The notes: generated from the sequence alone by a model not told the origin. DNA of 64,000 nt from Eledone cirrhosa (GCA_964016885.1 OZ024743.1:51708001-51772000), one strand, 5' to 3'; shown: positions 1 to 12,963, numbered from the stretch's first letter. Program-made: numbers and translations.

Positions 1-1017
1 TAACGAAAGGTTTAAAGTGTTTTTATTTATCTAAAAACCTTACATCATAATTTTATATTAGAACTTTTAACACCAGTTTAATAATAATAATAAAGTTAGT
101 TATATTACTAAATTCTTCCAAATTCTTGATTATTTTCAAAATTATTTGAAAATCTTAGGTAGTGTTTTGAAGGTAAAGAATTTACTATATATGTCCTTGA
201 TTATTTTCATACCACATCCTTTGTCAAAATCATGTAGAGAGATGTAACAAAACTCCCCATATTACTGTTGCCCATACTCCACTTTCTCATATTCCCCACC
301 TCACATCACTATTTCACCCCAAGCCCCTTCATATTCTTGCAGGAGTAGCCTTGCTCTGATGCAGAGCAATGCTACTCCTGCTAGTGTTGGTGCCACTACA
401 AAATGTACTTGATACTGTCTATGAAATGACTAACATCAAACTGGTAGCAACTTAAGACATATAGAGCCCTTCAGTCAAGTGACGGACATGACCACCTCAC
501 TTGTGTTAGTGCTACAATAAAATGCACCCAGTAATCTCTGCAAAGTGGTTGGTGTTAAGAATGGCATCTAGCCATAAAAACCATCCCAAACAAAGGATTA
601 TGAGGACTTCAGTTGTATCAATGACACGTCAACCTCCCTGGTACTGGTGCCATGATAAAACAAATCCAGTACATGGTGATTTGAAGGGCATCCAGCTGTA
701 GAAACCATGCCAAAACTGGAATGTATGTAAGCATAGTGTAGCCCCTGGTCCATCTGAAAGGGCAGTAGCTTCAATTAGGTTTGGTCTGTGACCAACCCCT
801 GTCAGTATGAAAACAACATTAAACAGTGACAGTGTTGATGTATTAGGAATAAACTACAAGCAATCTCATTTTAGTTAAAAACTTACTATATATAGTCTTG
901 TTTATACATATATATATTCTTGATTATTTTCAAAATTATTTTAAAATCATAGACAATGTCTTCCATTATGAATTATTTTAATAAGACAGTTGATAAAAAT
1001 AGTTGAAAGAGCCATAC

Positions 1018-1184
1018 CCTGTTTTCCAAAAATCTACTGGATCATCAAGGAGATCGTTGGCATTAACTTTGTGTAAGATGGTGCCATTGGGCAGAGAAAC
1101 CATCATCATCACAGGAAATTTATAATTCTCTAGAAATGCACTTGCGAGTTTAGCAAGTTCCTTGTCTTTGCCTTGCTTCAAATC
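1018..1184 (-). CDS. SELENON: Selenoprotein N, coding exon 7 (final exon probably left of the window)
   Basis: TTGCAG|DLKQGKDKELAKLASAFLENYKFPVMMMVSLPNGTILHKVNANDLLDDPVDFWKT-GG|GTATGG; matches SelN YxFPVxMMxxLPNGTxxHxxNAN. The donor at 1017 is inferred; read-through would stop at 978. Confidence 0.88.
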
Positions 1185-1489
1185 CTGCAATTTATATACA
1201 ACAGACAAAAATAAAAACTTACAAACATAAAAAATTATTTTTAACTGAAAGATAAACTAAATATAACTACCGTTATTTTCATTTGGAATGTTAGTTGTTA
1301 AAAGAATGAACTGTGAAGTGTTAACACTTTCAACTATTCCTTTGTACACAGAAAAACATAACGGTGTCATTAACGGTGGACATTTCACAGAATCATAAGG
1401 GTAGTTTTTCTCTGAGGAGATGAAAATAACCATTGAAATGTTGACATAACAATAATCTCCTATGTTTTTAGAAATTCCATTTTATGTCC

Positions 1490-2135
1490 CAAATGCAAAC
1501 TATGGGTACATAAAAGATGTAGTGGGATCACAGGTAAGCTATCTAAGAATGTAGATTTTATATGTGGCCGATGCTCAGGTGCAATAAGTAGCAAGTGCCC
1601 ACAGGATACTAGCTCCTTCTATTGCCCAGATGGTTCTATAGAAATAGTGGACACTTTCTGTTACCTGGGTGACGAAATCAGCAGTGGTGGAGGGTGCTCT
1701 GAAAGTACAGTAGCCAGAGTCAGAACGGGATGGAAAAAGTTCAAAGAGCTTATACCGCTGTTGGCCACAAAAGGTTTCTCTCTAAAAATGAAAGGCAGAT
1801 TGTATGATGCCTGTATACGAACAGCAATGTTACATAGCAATGTTACATGGCAGTGAGACATGGGCATTGCATGCAAAGAACCTGTGCAGACTGGAAAGGA
1901 ACGAAGCATGCATGCTCCATTGGATGTGTAATAGTAATATACGTGAATGGCAAAGCATAAATGAACTAAGTGAGAAATTAGGAATAAGAGGAATCAGATG
2001 CTGTTTACTCGAGAGAAGACTACGTTGGTATGGTCATGTGATGCGCATGAAAGACGACAGCTGTATTAAAAAGGGCAGGGCGATCAAAATTGATGGAAGT
2101 TACTGAGTAGGTAGACCCAGAAAAACCTAGAATGA
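1490..2135 (+). mobile_element. RTE LINE 3' fragment
   Basis: FCYLGDEISSGGGCSESTVARVRTGWKKFKEL, MLHGSETWAL, RRLRWYGHVMRM. Confidence 0.9.
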
Positions 2136-2783
2136 TTTGATAAATTCCAACCTTCCACACTTACACCTCTCTAAGACAATGTCACTGGACCGAGATCTTT
2201 GGTGCCATGCAGTAATACAGAAGACCCGCCTTGCCTATGTACAAAGCGAAACCTACAGCCAGTAAGCACCTTAACCAAATATACACCCCCTCCCACTACC
2301 CCTACTCCACCTTCCCACTCCCACCAACACCACCCTTTCTCTGTAAAGTTATGTTGGTACCACAACATCCAGTCCAAAATAAATGAGGTCGTGTAGGTGT
2401 CATGACAAAAAAACACACAGTCCATGCTGTAATGTGGCCGTGTAGGTAACAAGGTAAAAACCTCCCAGTCCACACTGTAAATGTGGTTGGTGTTAGGAAG
2501 GGCATCCAGCCGTAGAAAACCTGCCAGGCAGTCCCATACGAGCGAAACACGGTCACCTGACCAATTTTCTTCAAGTGGGACAAACCCGTCCAACCCATGC
2601 TAGTGTGGAAGATAGATGTTAAACGATGATGATGATGATGATATTTTTCTGTGTATGGAGGAATATTTAAAGGTGTTTAGATTTCACAGTTCATTCTTTT
2701 AATTCAAAAATGGTAGCCACATCTACCTTATTTTCAAATATATGCTGTTTTAAAATAAATATTTTTGTTTATTTTTAACGATT

Positions 2784-3008
2784 TTAACCCTTTTGAGAGC
2801 AAACTAACTGAAACTGGCCCCAGTATTTATACTTATATAAAATTATGATTGAAAGTTTTTAAATAAGAACTTCATTAAGTTGTGTTCCAAACATCAGCTT
2901 TATAATGAGAAAGTTAGTTAGATTATTAAATCCCTCCAAATTTTTGATTATTTTCATAAATATTAGAAACCCATAGGTTTCATTAAAAATATGCTAATAA
3001 AGGGTTAA
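2784..3008. mobile_element. piggyBac-type MITE
   Basis: TTAA-CCCTTT...AAAGGG-TTAA ends. Related AT-rich bodies at about 1-180, 10292-10465, 15790-16025 and 18205-18585. Confidence 0.65.
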
Positions 3009-3544
3009 GACTTTGTTTTGTGGTGTTTCTTCCACAAGTAAATAAAATTAAGTCCCAGGTGGTGGATTGGTGAATTTACTTCATTGTCAGAGAAGATGCC
3101 TTACAGTATTTGTTCTGGCTCTTTCTTTCCTGAGTTCAAAACCCTTGGCCTACTTGGTTAGTAGACTTAATCCATCACCCAGTTTACCACCGTCATCTGG
3201 CCCTTGAGGTTACCCTCCTGCCACCAGCTGACGTGTCCCTGAAAAGAGTTCAGGACAATGCTGATCCTTCCATAGCTCATCATCTTCATTTTATATTCAT
3301 TTTTTTTCCATGCTTATATGGGTTGGACAGATCTACAGCTCAGCCTCACTCTACCTGTTGTGTTCTTCCATCATTTCCTCTATGAGGTTCAGAAGTTTGA
3401 AATCAGCTTTCATCCCGTCTGTCCAGCTGCTTTCAGTGTTTCTCTACTGAAGCTAAACAGTAAAAACCATTGTGTGCCCAATGTTTACCTCAGAACAGGC
3501 TTTTATAAGACAGAGAATGGAGTGGGGCTGGAGCAATGACTTAC

Positions 3545-3754
3545 CTCAAGGTCAACTACAAGGCAGGATGTACTGATGAAGTGTTCCTTAAGTAAAGATT
3601 TAACGGGCGAACTCTGGAGAGCAGTTTCTCGCAGGGTTCGCCCAGAACCTCAGCAACTCTGGTCATCAAGGACTCCCCATAATAAGATGAAATGAACCAG
3701 CTTTTGTTCAAGCTGGGCTCTCTTAAATGCTGAAGCAAATTCGTAATATGGAAC
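3545..3754 (-). CDS. SELENON: Selenoprotein N, coding exon 6 with in-frame selenocysteine TGA (3650-3652)
   Basis: TTCTAG|[70 protein letters not shown]|GTAAGT; 210 nt. Canonical SelN [20 protein letters not shown] motif. Confidence 0.97.
3605..3643 (-). promoter_or_regulatory. Sec redefinition element (SRE) stem-loop 3' of the Sec UGA
   Basis: 6 nt after the TGA: GGGCGAAC-C-CTG-C-GAGA-AACTGC-TCTC-CAG-A-GTTCGCCC, giving 15 bp with one mismatch and one bulge. Same position as the known vertebrate SEPN1 SRE. Confidence 0.85.
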
Positions 3755-4108
3755 CTAGAAATAGGAAAATTCCATATTGAACAGAAATACACTACACAGG
3801 GAATCATACACACATACACACTACAGATACATACACACATACACACTACAGATACACACACACATATACACTACAGATACACACACACACTGATATACAG
3901 GCAATCACACACACACTCACACAGAAATACTAAGACAATCACATACGCACACAGAGATACACAGACAATCACACAGAGATACACAATCACACACACAGGT
4001 ACACAGACAATCACACACAGATACACAAACAATCACACACACAGATACAAAGGCAATCACACAACAATTGATTTCAATCAAACTAAAATATATTTACCAA
4101 TTACTTAC

Positions 4109-4347
4109 TTCTTTAAAAGGATACATTTTTAGTTGCAAAGATTTCATTGCTTCTTCCATGGAAATTTCTTCTGTCCATGAAATTCTAGATACTTCCTGCT
4201 CTGCCTTATCCCTTCCACTAGCCTCCATCTCTATATACTCAGTCTGTACAGAGGATTTCGCGTAAGAGTTTAGTTCCATTTTAGGTAGAAACCCAATGTT
4301 TACTTCCATGTTGTTGGCATCTCTATCATCTGTTAACCATTCCATGT
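4109..4347 (-). CDS. SELENON: Selenoprotein N, coding exon 5
   Basis: TTTCAG|(D)MEWLTDDRDANNMEVNIGFLPKMEL...ISWTEEISMEEAMKSLQLKMYPFKE|GTAAGT; 239 nt, phase 1/0. Confidence 0.95.
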
Positions 4348-4411
4348 CTGAAACAATGTTATATATATATAAAGACACTTGTAGAACATTGTATGTATAT
4401 ATATATATATA

Positions 4412-4690
4412 ATAATAATAATAATAATGAAATTATTGTGTACAGTGCTCAGGTGCACTACAACTCATCAAAGGTGCATGTATAGTACATAGAATAATAT
4501 ACAAATGTCAGGGAAGTGAATAGTGTATGCGTCATGATATACATGTGTGCATGTGTATGGAGGGGGGGACATCAGGTGTAGTGTTGGTGAATCTCAGGAA
4601 GCATAGGGGTTTTAAAGGATGCAGTATCTCGACAGCTAATAACTGATGCAGGTAGTTTGTTCCATGCTTCAGCAACTCTGGGCATGAAAA
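4412..4690 (-). mobile_element. CR1-group LINE extreme 3' end, same family
   Basis: RVAEAWNKLPASVISCRDTASFK; the same tail (AATAATGAAATTATTGTGTACAGT on the + strand) occurs at about 5075-5103. Confidence 0.8.
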
Positions 4691-4754
4691 AATATATACA
4701 CAGAGGGACACACACACACACTAAGACAATATATTCCCAATAATCTTTACTAAC

Positions 4755-4906
4755 CAACATTGAGTTTCTTTTGAGTTGGTACGGTTAGATGAAACTTGAG
4801 GACAGTTGTGGAGTTTTTGTTGATGATGAGGTTCCCAGAGAAATAGGCTGGACTAAACCAAAATGGCAGGTTTGGTGGTTCATTGAGCTGGAACTCTGCG
4901 TGGATT
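4755..4906 (-). CDS. SELENON: Selenoprotein N, coding exon 4
   Basis: ACAG|[52 protein letters not shown]|GTTAGT; 152 nt, phase 2/1, consistent with both neighbours. Confidence 0.95.
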
Positions 4907-5069
4907 CTGTATGGAGGCAGGTGCGAAAGGAAGAAAATTAGATAAATATTTAAACATGAATGAATTTATAGCAAACATTTTCATCTGACAAACACAGCAA
5001 CAGAGAAGGGGGAGGGGGGTATACCCTTCTTATGATCAACCACTGTACAATAAGGACTGGGTACATTTA

Positions 5070-5820
5070 TAATAATAATATTAATGAAATTATTGTGTAC
5101 AGTACTCCAAAAGTCATGGGAGCTGTGCTGTTTTCTAACTTTGTGGGCATGCCCATGTGTGTTAGACATGGAATTCAAAAAGGTGCTCGGGGTTGTTGTT
5201 GGCAAGATGGTTAGTAATTTTGTGGGTGTTTACCAAGTCAGTTGCCAGATGTCGGAGCCTCAATGTATCCATGCCCAGGGAAGCAAGGTGATCAGAGTAT
5301 GGTAGATGCCTGATGGAGGGTATTTGCTTGGTTGCACGTCTCTGAACAGTTTCCAGGAGATCAATGTTCTGAGCAAGATAGGGGTTCCAGACTGGTGATG
5401 CAAATTCTAAGTGTGACCGCACCATAGCTATATACAGCTTTAAACAGATAGCAGGAGAGCGGCTGACAAAGGTCTTGCTGAGTGATGCTAAGAGACCCTC
5501 GGCCTTCTTGACAATTTTAGAGACGTGCTGCGTCCAACGCAAATCGCTGCTGACTGTAATGCCCAGGTCACGTTCACAAGAAAACTTCTTGATATTAGTG
5601 TTGTGGAGGGAGTATGTGGATGCTGGGTTTTTACTCCCAAAATGCATGGTGCTACACTTGTCCACAGCCAACTTGAGTTGCCAGTCTGTGATCCATTGCT
5701 ACACTGTGTCCAGGTCAGATTGCAGGAAAGATCTATAGTGTTCAGGATCTGTCCTTTTTATCTCAAGGTACAGCTTGATGTCATTTGCATATTTCAGCAC
5801 TGTGGAATTCTTTAAGTTGG
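5070..5820 (-). mobile_element. CR1/L2-group LINE 3' fragment
   Basis: KYANDIKLY (YADD relic), ERDLGITVSSDLRW, LYIAMVRSHLEFASPVWNPY, LETVQRRATK; (ATT)n tail. Confidence 0.9.
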
Positions 5821-5861
5821 CATTCTTATGTTGGGAGGTGGTATAACCAGCCACTTTACAG

Positions 5862-6050
5862 CATGGACTGTGGACTGGGTACATTTATATTGGGAGGGGG
5901 TATGGACTGTTGGGAGGGGGTATGGACTGTTGGGAAGGGGTATGGACTGTGGACTGGGTACATTAATGTTGGGAGAGGGTGTGGACTGTGGACAGGGTAT
6001 ATTTATATTGGGAGCTGGTATGACCAACCATTTTACAGTATGGACTGAGA
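5862..6050. repeat. G-rich 20-bp-based tandem repeat
   Basis: GTATGGACTGTTGGGAGGGG and variants. Confidence 0.8.
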
Positions 6051-6599
6051 ATATTTTACAACTACAAGAGTTGTAATTGTTGTAAAATATGTCCTGGCTA
6101 CTCAGAGGTCTATGATTTTTATCAAAGTGACTATTTTCACAGCAAGATTAAATAGATATTTATTAAACATACGGTTGTAACTCTGTTTACAAATTTAATC
6201 TCAAATACTATATGTCTGGTTTAGGCTGCATGTATCTAGTTTAGAATAGGTACCCCATATCCCTGCATGTCATAAGGGGTAACTAAGAATTAGTAACAAG
6301 AAAAACACCCAGCCAAAAAACATCGCCTCAAAAAGAATTCTATCATGTGTATAAAACCTAAGGCTAACTCTTACTTTAGCAGGGAAAATGAACTTAAAAA
6401 GCTTGTGCTGTATGTGTGTTTATCATCATCATCATCATCATTTTTACGAGGGTCCATATCATTCCACTTTGCAGTGGAATGATATGGACCCTAGTCCCTA
6501 TCATCTCATTTCTACAGCTGAGTAAACTGGAGCAATGTGAAATAAAGTGTCTTGCTCAAGGAAACAACACATCACAATGTGTGTGTATGTATGTGTGCT

Positions 6600-6985
6600 A
6601 TCCCTCATGATGACAGCCTCCGTGCTCTCCAACATTTTTTAGACTTACACCCTACCCTAGCAATTCTACTGTTCTCCACCTTGCTAACCTCGTTCTAACT
6701 GTCAGTGATTTTTCCTTTTCCAGAGAATTTTACCAATAGGTCTCTGGGGTAACCATAGGTACAAGGATGGGCCCTAACTATGTCAACTTGTTTGTTGGCT
6801 AGGTTGAGGCCTTTATCTTCATCCAGTACACTGATCCAACCCCTGAGTTATATAATCATTACACCAACAATTGTATCGGTGCTGTCAACAGCTCAACTCC
6901 TTTCTTTCCTTTGTTCAGTTCCATCCTGCCTTCACCTTCACCACCTCTATCTTCCAATTTCTTGACATCTCCCTGTCTATCAACC
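6600..6985 (+). mobile_element. Penelope-like element RT remnant
   Basis: IPHDDSLRALQHFLD, FYQ*VSGVTIGTRMGPNYVNLF (GxAMGTxMGPxYANLF), FHPAFTFT, FLDISLSIN; stops and frameshifts present. Confidence 0.8.
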
Positions 6986-9763
6986 ACATATATTTATATT
7001 GTCTGTTTAAATACACATCTCCCTGTCTATCAACCACATATATTTATATTGTCTGTTTAAATACACATCTCTCTGTCTATCAACCACATATATTTATATT
7101 GTCTGTTTAAATACACATCTCTCTGTCTATCAACCACATATATTTATATTGTCTGTTTAAATACACATCTCTCTGTCTATCAACCACATCTATTTATATT
7201 GTCTGTTTAAATACACATCTCCCTGTCTATCAACCACATATATTTATATTGTCTGTTTAAATACACATCTCTCTGTCTATCAACCACATCTATTTATATT
7301 GTCTGTTTAAATACACATCTCTCTGTCTATCAACCACATATATTTATATTGTCTGTTTAAATACACATCTCCCTGTCTATCAACCACATATATTTATATT
7401 GTCTGTTTAAATACACATCTCTCTGTCTATCAACCACATATATTTATATTGTCTGTTTAAATACACATCTCCCTGTCTATCAACCACATATATTTATATT
7501 GTCTGTTTAAATACACATCTCTCTGTCTATCAACCACATCTATTTATATTGTCTGTTTAAATACACATCTCTCTGTCTATCAACCACATATATTTATATT
7601 GTCTGTTTAAATACACATCTCCCTGTCTATCAACCACATATATTTATATTGTCTGTTTAAATACACATCTCTCTGTCTATCAACCACATATATTTATATT
7701 GTCTGTTTAAATACACATCTCTCTGTCTATCAACCACATATATTTATATTGTCTGTTTAAATACACATCTCTCTGTCTATCAACCACATATATTTATATT
7801 GTCTGTTTAAATACACATCTCTCTGTCTATCAACCACATATATTTATATTGTACGTGTTTAAATACACATCTCTCTGTCTATCAACCACATATATTTATA
7901 TTGTCTGTTTAAATACACATCTCTCTGTCTATCAACCACATATATTTATATTGTCTGTTTAAATACACATCTCTCTGTCTATCAACCACATATATTTATA
8001 TTGTCTGTTTAAATACACATCTCTCTGTCTATCAACCACATATATTTATATTGTCTGTTTAAATACACATCTCCCTGTCTATCAACCACATATATTTATA
8101 TTGTCTGTTTAAATACACATCTCTCTGTCTATCAACCACATATATTTATATTGTCTGTTTAAATACACATCTCTCTGTCTATCAACCACATATATTTATA
8201 TTGTACGTGTTTAAATACACATCTCCCTGTCTATCAACCACATATATTTATATTGTCTGTTTAAATACACATCTCTCTGTCTATCAACCACATATATTTA
8301 TATTGTGTGTGTTTAAATACACATCTCTCTGTCTATCAACCACATATATTTATATTGTACGTGTTTAAATACACATCTCTCTGTCTATCAACTACATATA
8401 TTTATATTGTCTGTTTAAATACACATCTCTCTGTCTATCAACCACATATATTTATATTGTCTGTTTAAATACACATCTCCCTGTCTATCAACCACATATA
8501 TTTATATTGTCTGTTTAAATACACATCTCTCTGTCTATCAACCACATATATTTATATTGTACGTGTTTAAATACACATCTCTCTGTCTATCAACCACATA
8601 TATTTATATTGTACGTGTTTAAATACACATCTCCCTGTCTATCAACCACATATATTTATATTGTGTGTGTTTAAATATACATCTCTCTGTCTATCAACCA
8701 CATATATTTATATTGTCTGTTTAAATACACATCTCTCTGTCTATCAACCACATATATTTATATTGTCTGTTTAAATACACATCTCCCTGTCTATCAACCA
8801 CATATATTTATATTGTCTGTTTAAATACACATCTCCCTGTCTATCAACCACATATATTTATATTGTCTGTTTAAATACACATCTCCCTGTCTATCAACCA
8901 CATATATTTATATTGTGTGTGTTTAAATACACATCTCTCTGTCTATCAACCACATATATTTATATTGTACGTGTTTAAATACACATCTCTCTGTCTATCA
9001 ACCACATATATTTATATTGTACGTGTTTAAATACACATCTCCCTGTCTATCAACCACATATATTTATATTGTGTGTGTTTAAATACACATCTCTCTGTCT
9101 ATCAACCACATATATTTATATTGTACGTGTTTAAATACACATCTCCCTGTCTATCAACCACATATATTTATATTGTCTGTTTAAATACACATCTCTCTGT
9201 CTATCAACCACATATATTTATATTGTGTGTGTTTAAATACACATCTCCCTGTCTATCAACCACATATATTTATATTGTGTGTGTTTAAATACACATCTCT
9301 CTGTCTATCAACCACATATATTTATATTGTCTGTTTAAATACACATCTCCCTGTCTATCAACCACATATATTTATATTGTGTGTGTTTAAATACACATCT
9401 CCCTGTCTATCAACCACATATATTTATATTGTGTGTGTTTAAATACACATCTCCCTGTCTATCAACCACATATATTTATATTGTGTGTGTTTAAATACAC
9501 ATCTCCCTGTCTATCAACCACATATATTTATATTGTACGTGTTTAAATACACATCTCCCTGTCTATCAACCACATATATTTATATTGTACGTGTTTAAAT
9601 ACACATCTCTCTGTCTATCAACCACATATATTTATATTGTCTGTTTAAATACACATCTCTCTGTCTATCAACCACATATATTTATATTGTCTGTTTAAAT
9701 ACACATCTCTCTGTCTATCAACCACATATATTTATATTGTCTGTGTTTAAATACACATCTCTC
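6965..9763. repeat. 50/52-bp minisatellite, about 55 copies
   Basis: Unit ACATCTC(C/T)CTGTCTATCAACCACATATATTTATATTGT(CT|ACGT|GTGT)GTTTAAATAC, repeated almost identically. Confidence 0.98.
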
Positions 9764-10040
9764 TTAGTGTCAGTTAAGCCTTGATGCAAGCATGGAAAAA
9801 CAGGTATAAAAACGTTGATGATGGTTATTATGTATGTTTACATACACATTTCTTACATCTTCGGTCAAATGATGTATTGTAATATAGATATATATTTATA
9901 GTAAATAATAACAAACTAAACAAAGAGAAATACTCTCTCAATGTAAACCTGACTATGGTTGATAAATCTAAACAGATTATCACAGATTAACAACAACCAG
10001 ATTAGCAGCACTAACTCTACATTAAATTGTCATACCTAGT

Positions 10041-10267
10041 TTAACCCTTTAGCATTTAAACCTGCTGTATCCAGCCAGAATTCTCTCATCTCTTTCTGTT
10101 CAAACCGGCTGTAACCAGCCACTCATACTGATGTTAAGGTATTGTTCTCAAAATGAATAATATCAAAATCTCATAGATTTGATATCATGTGAAATATTAT
10201 GTGAAATAAAGCCTTTACCGTGAAAATACAATAATAAATATAGGGTAATGTAAATGTTAAGGGTTTA
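10041..10267. mobile_element. piggyBac-type MITE (second family)
   Basis: TTAA-CCCTTTAGCATTTA ... TAAATGTTAAGGG-TTTAA imperfect TIRs. Confidence 0.55.
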
Positions 10268-10757
10268 ATAACCTGCAAATTGGTAGGGTCATTAACTCTT
10301 TCTTTACTGTATTACTAATGAAAGACACTGCTTAAGATTTTCAAAATATTTTGAAAATACACATGAGTTTAGAGGGATTTAGTAATATAACAAATTTTCT
10401 CATTATTCATTTGATGTTTGGAATGTAACTTAACAAAGGTTTTTACATAAAATTATGATGGAAGGTAAAGTCACAATGCTGGTGTCATTTTAAAATGCAC
10501 CCAGAACACTCTGTAATGTGGTATTACAGATGCCATGATAAATGTTACCCAGTACACTATAAAGTGGTTAGCATCACTGTGTCCAGCTGTGGAAACTATA
10601 CCAAAATGTAATTTATCTGTATGAGGCACAGTTATTCGTTCCACCAGAAGGACAGTAGCTCCAATTAAATACCAACTTTGTATGTAATGACCTGTCCAAC
10701 CCATGCCAACTGGAGAGATGGACATAAAATAATGAGGATGAGGAGCATAACTCTTAC

Positions 10758-11116
10758 CTAAATGCAACATCGACAAACTCTGAATTGTAGGCTCTGATGC
10801 AGGCCACAGCTCCTTGGGGTTCAAATCTCGACATGAGAAATGGGCGTGGATGAAACATTGAGAGCAGACTGTGGAAAATAGCTTGTTTGTCTGTGAATTG
10901 GGGTGGGAAATATCTATTGTTGGTGGGCAACTGTCCTGTGATGTACTGGAAATTACTGTTAGCCCACAATGTGTACACTTGACCCACAGAACTCATTAAT
11001 TCTGGATCTGTTGGCAGGAAAGAATGTAAGTGTTTAGCGGCATAGATCATGATATTCTTAGCTGGTTGTTGCCATTCTCGTAGTCCAGTGAAATAGCTCT
11101 GAGTTTCCACATCATC
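10758..11116 (-). CDS. SELENON: Selenoprotein N, coding exon 3
   Basis: TATAG|DDVETQ...NNRYFPP...LLSMFHPRPFLMSRFEPQGAVACIRA...VAF-AG|GTAAGA. Hallmark SelN LLSMFHPRPF motif; 359 nt, phase 0/2. Confidence 0.95.
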
Positions 11117-11409
11117 CTATATAAAAGAAAAACAAGGAAGAATGAGATATTTTGGTTGGTGATGGTGAGGGGGATATAATTGGCTGAGTCACCAACTACC
11201 CCTGCTTTGCAATAGATGGGGCTAGTTAGCACTGCCAAGTGACCTGATACACACACCCACACACACACACATATATACCCCCCCCCCACGCACACACACA
11301 CACCACAGACATACAGCAGCCACATGGTATATACACACACAAACATGTATTGAAATATACAACTAGCATGTGATATCTATAAAGACACATCAGTTAGAGA
11401 TACACATAC

Positions 11410-11514
11410 CTCTGGATTTTTCTTTATGGAAGAAATCTGAAGAGGGACAAAGCTGGCCTCGACAACAAATGCCTCATCTTCAGCATCAAACTCAAAGTTG
11501 TACTCATATGGAAC
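11410..11514 (-). CDS. SELENON: Selenoprotein N, coding exon 2
   Basis: Pyrimidine tract+TTCTAG|VPYEYNFEFDAEDEAFVVEASFVPLQISSIKKNPE|GTATGT; 105 nt, phase 0/0. Resembles the vertebrate LTIEARFQPL segment. Not in the ORF track. Confidence 0.85.
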
Positions 11515-12835
11515 CTAGAACAGGAAACAGAGAAAAACAGGATGAAAGGGGACACCAAAAGGAGGGAAGGGCAGTGTTCATGACCCTTTTCAGAACATCC
11601 AAGACTAGTTAGAGGAGAGAGGAATGAAGGTGTACTCCAGGTGGAGACTTGGCCTAAATGTTTGCAACAGAGTAGAGTTTTCTAAAGGACCCCAAACAGG
11701 CCACAATGGGAACATAAAAAGCTTAGAACATTAAAAACTGGAACAAACACTGCAAGGCATATCATCAGATGCTCTAACAATTCCACCAACCCATCATCCC
11801 TTCATATTTAACCCCTGAAAGTATGAAAAACAAAGTTGACCTGGGTGGAATTTAAACTTAGATGGCTTGTCCATCCCATAGAAAGTGAATGTATGATGAT
11901 GATTATATATATATAGAGATAGATAGATACATACATATATCTCTATATATACATATATGGTGGCTGCCAACTCGTTTTCGAGTACGGCCACTACTTTATA
12001 TCCATGTAGGAGAACCCCTACCGATGCGCTGAACGAGTGTGTCTTTTTAGTCCAGCCAGCGACTTGAAAACTCTGGTACAAACACTACACCTGTGACAAT
12101 TATTGACACATAGTGCTGGGCCCATGGCACCATGTGACGACAAATGCAGAGAGATCTCCAGATATAAAGCAATGCCTGTGCTATGAAGCTTTTATAGTGA
12201 GCAAAGGCACTGCACAAAGCCAGTCCCACTCTCTTAACCAAGATGATATTTACCAAAAAGAAGAACAAGTCAACATCATTGGATACCATCAGGGTTGCAG
12301 GTGTTATATCAGAGTTTTCCTTCTTCTAGAATTCTGCCTTGACAAAGGCTAAGGGGTCATCTCTCCCGGTGATTTTGGATGGCCATTGACTCTTAAGAGC
12401 TCCTTTGCCCTTTGACAGGTTTTATTTTTAGACCTGCAGGATGTCCAAAGTTACCCTCCTCACCAAGAAACCTTGGTGGGTTGCCAGTTTAGTCGCCAAC
12501 GACCTGACCATGAGACAGGTTGTACTGGGATACATGTTACCAGTAGCAATAACTGGTGACCTGACATATACATATATACATACATATCATCATCATCATC
12601 ACCGTTTTACGTCCGTTCTTCCATGCTAGCATGGGTTAGACGGGCTGTCCTGTTGTGGGCAGTGTCTGGTTGGCTGACCATGCCTTGCTCATACAGGAAC
12701 TTTTTTGCCGTGACACCTCCACGACCACTTTGCAGTGGAATGATATGGATCCCAGTCCCTATCAACTCATTTCTACAGCTGAGTAAACTGGAGCAAATAA
12801 AGTGAAATAAAGTGTCTTGCTCAAGGAAACAACAC

Positions 12836-12837
<2 letters not shown>

Positions 12838-12883
<46 letters not shown>

Positions 12884-12894
12884 TTATGTATGTA

Positions 12895-12925
<31 letters not shown>

Positions 12926-12932
12926 GTATGTA

Positions 12933-12963
<31 letters not shown>

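Noticed and set aside
1-1017. SELENON stop at 978 with a SECIS in 1-977
   Set aside because: The read-through peptide lacks the conserved SelN C-terminal segment, a GT donor is available at 1017, and I could not identify a SECIS by eye; the last exon is probably outside the window.
6965-9763. CRISPR-like regular array
   Set aside because: Units are contiguous and near-identical with no unique spacers, no cas genes, and the context is a eukaryotic intron.
11506-11520. 15-nt identity between the acceptor junctions of SELENON exons 2 and 6 (both TTCTAG|GTTCCATAT)
   Set aside because: Similarity does not extend into the exons and is partly splice consensus, so it is most likely coincidence.
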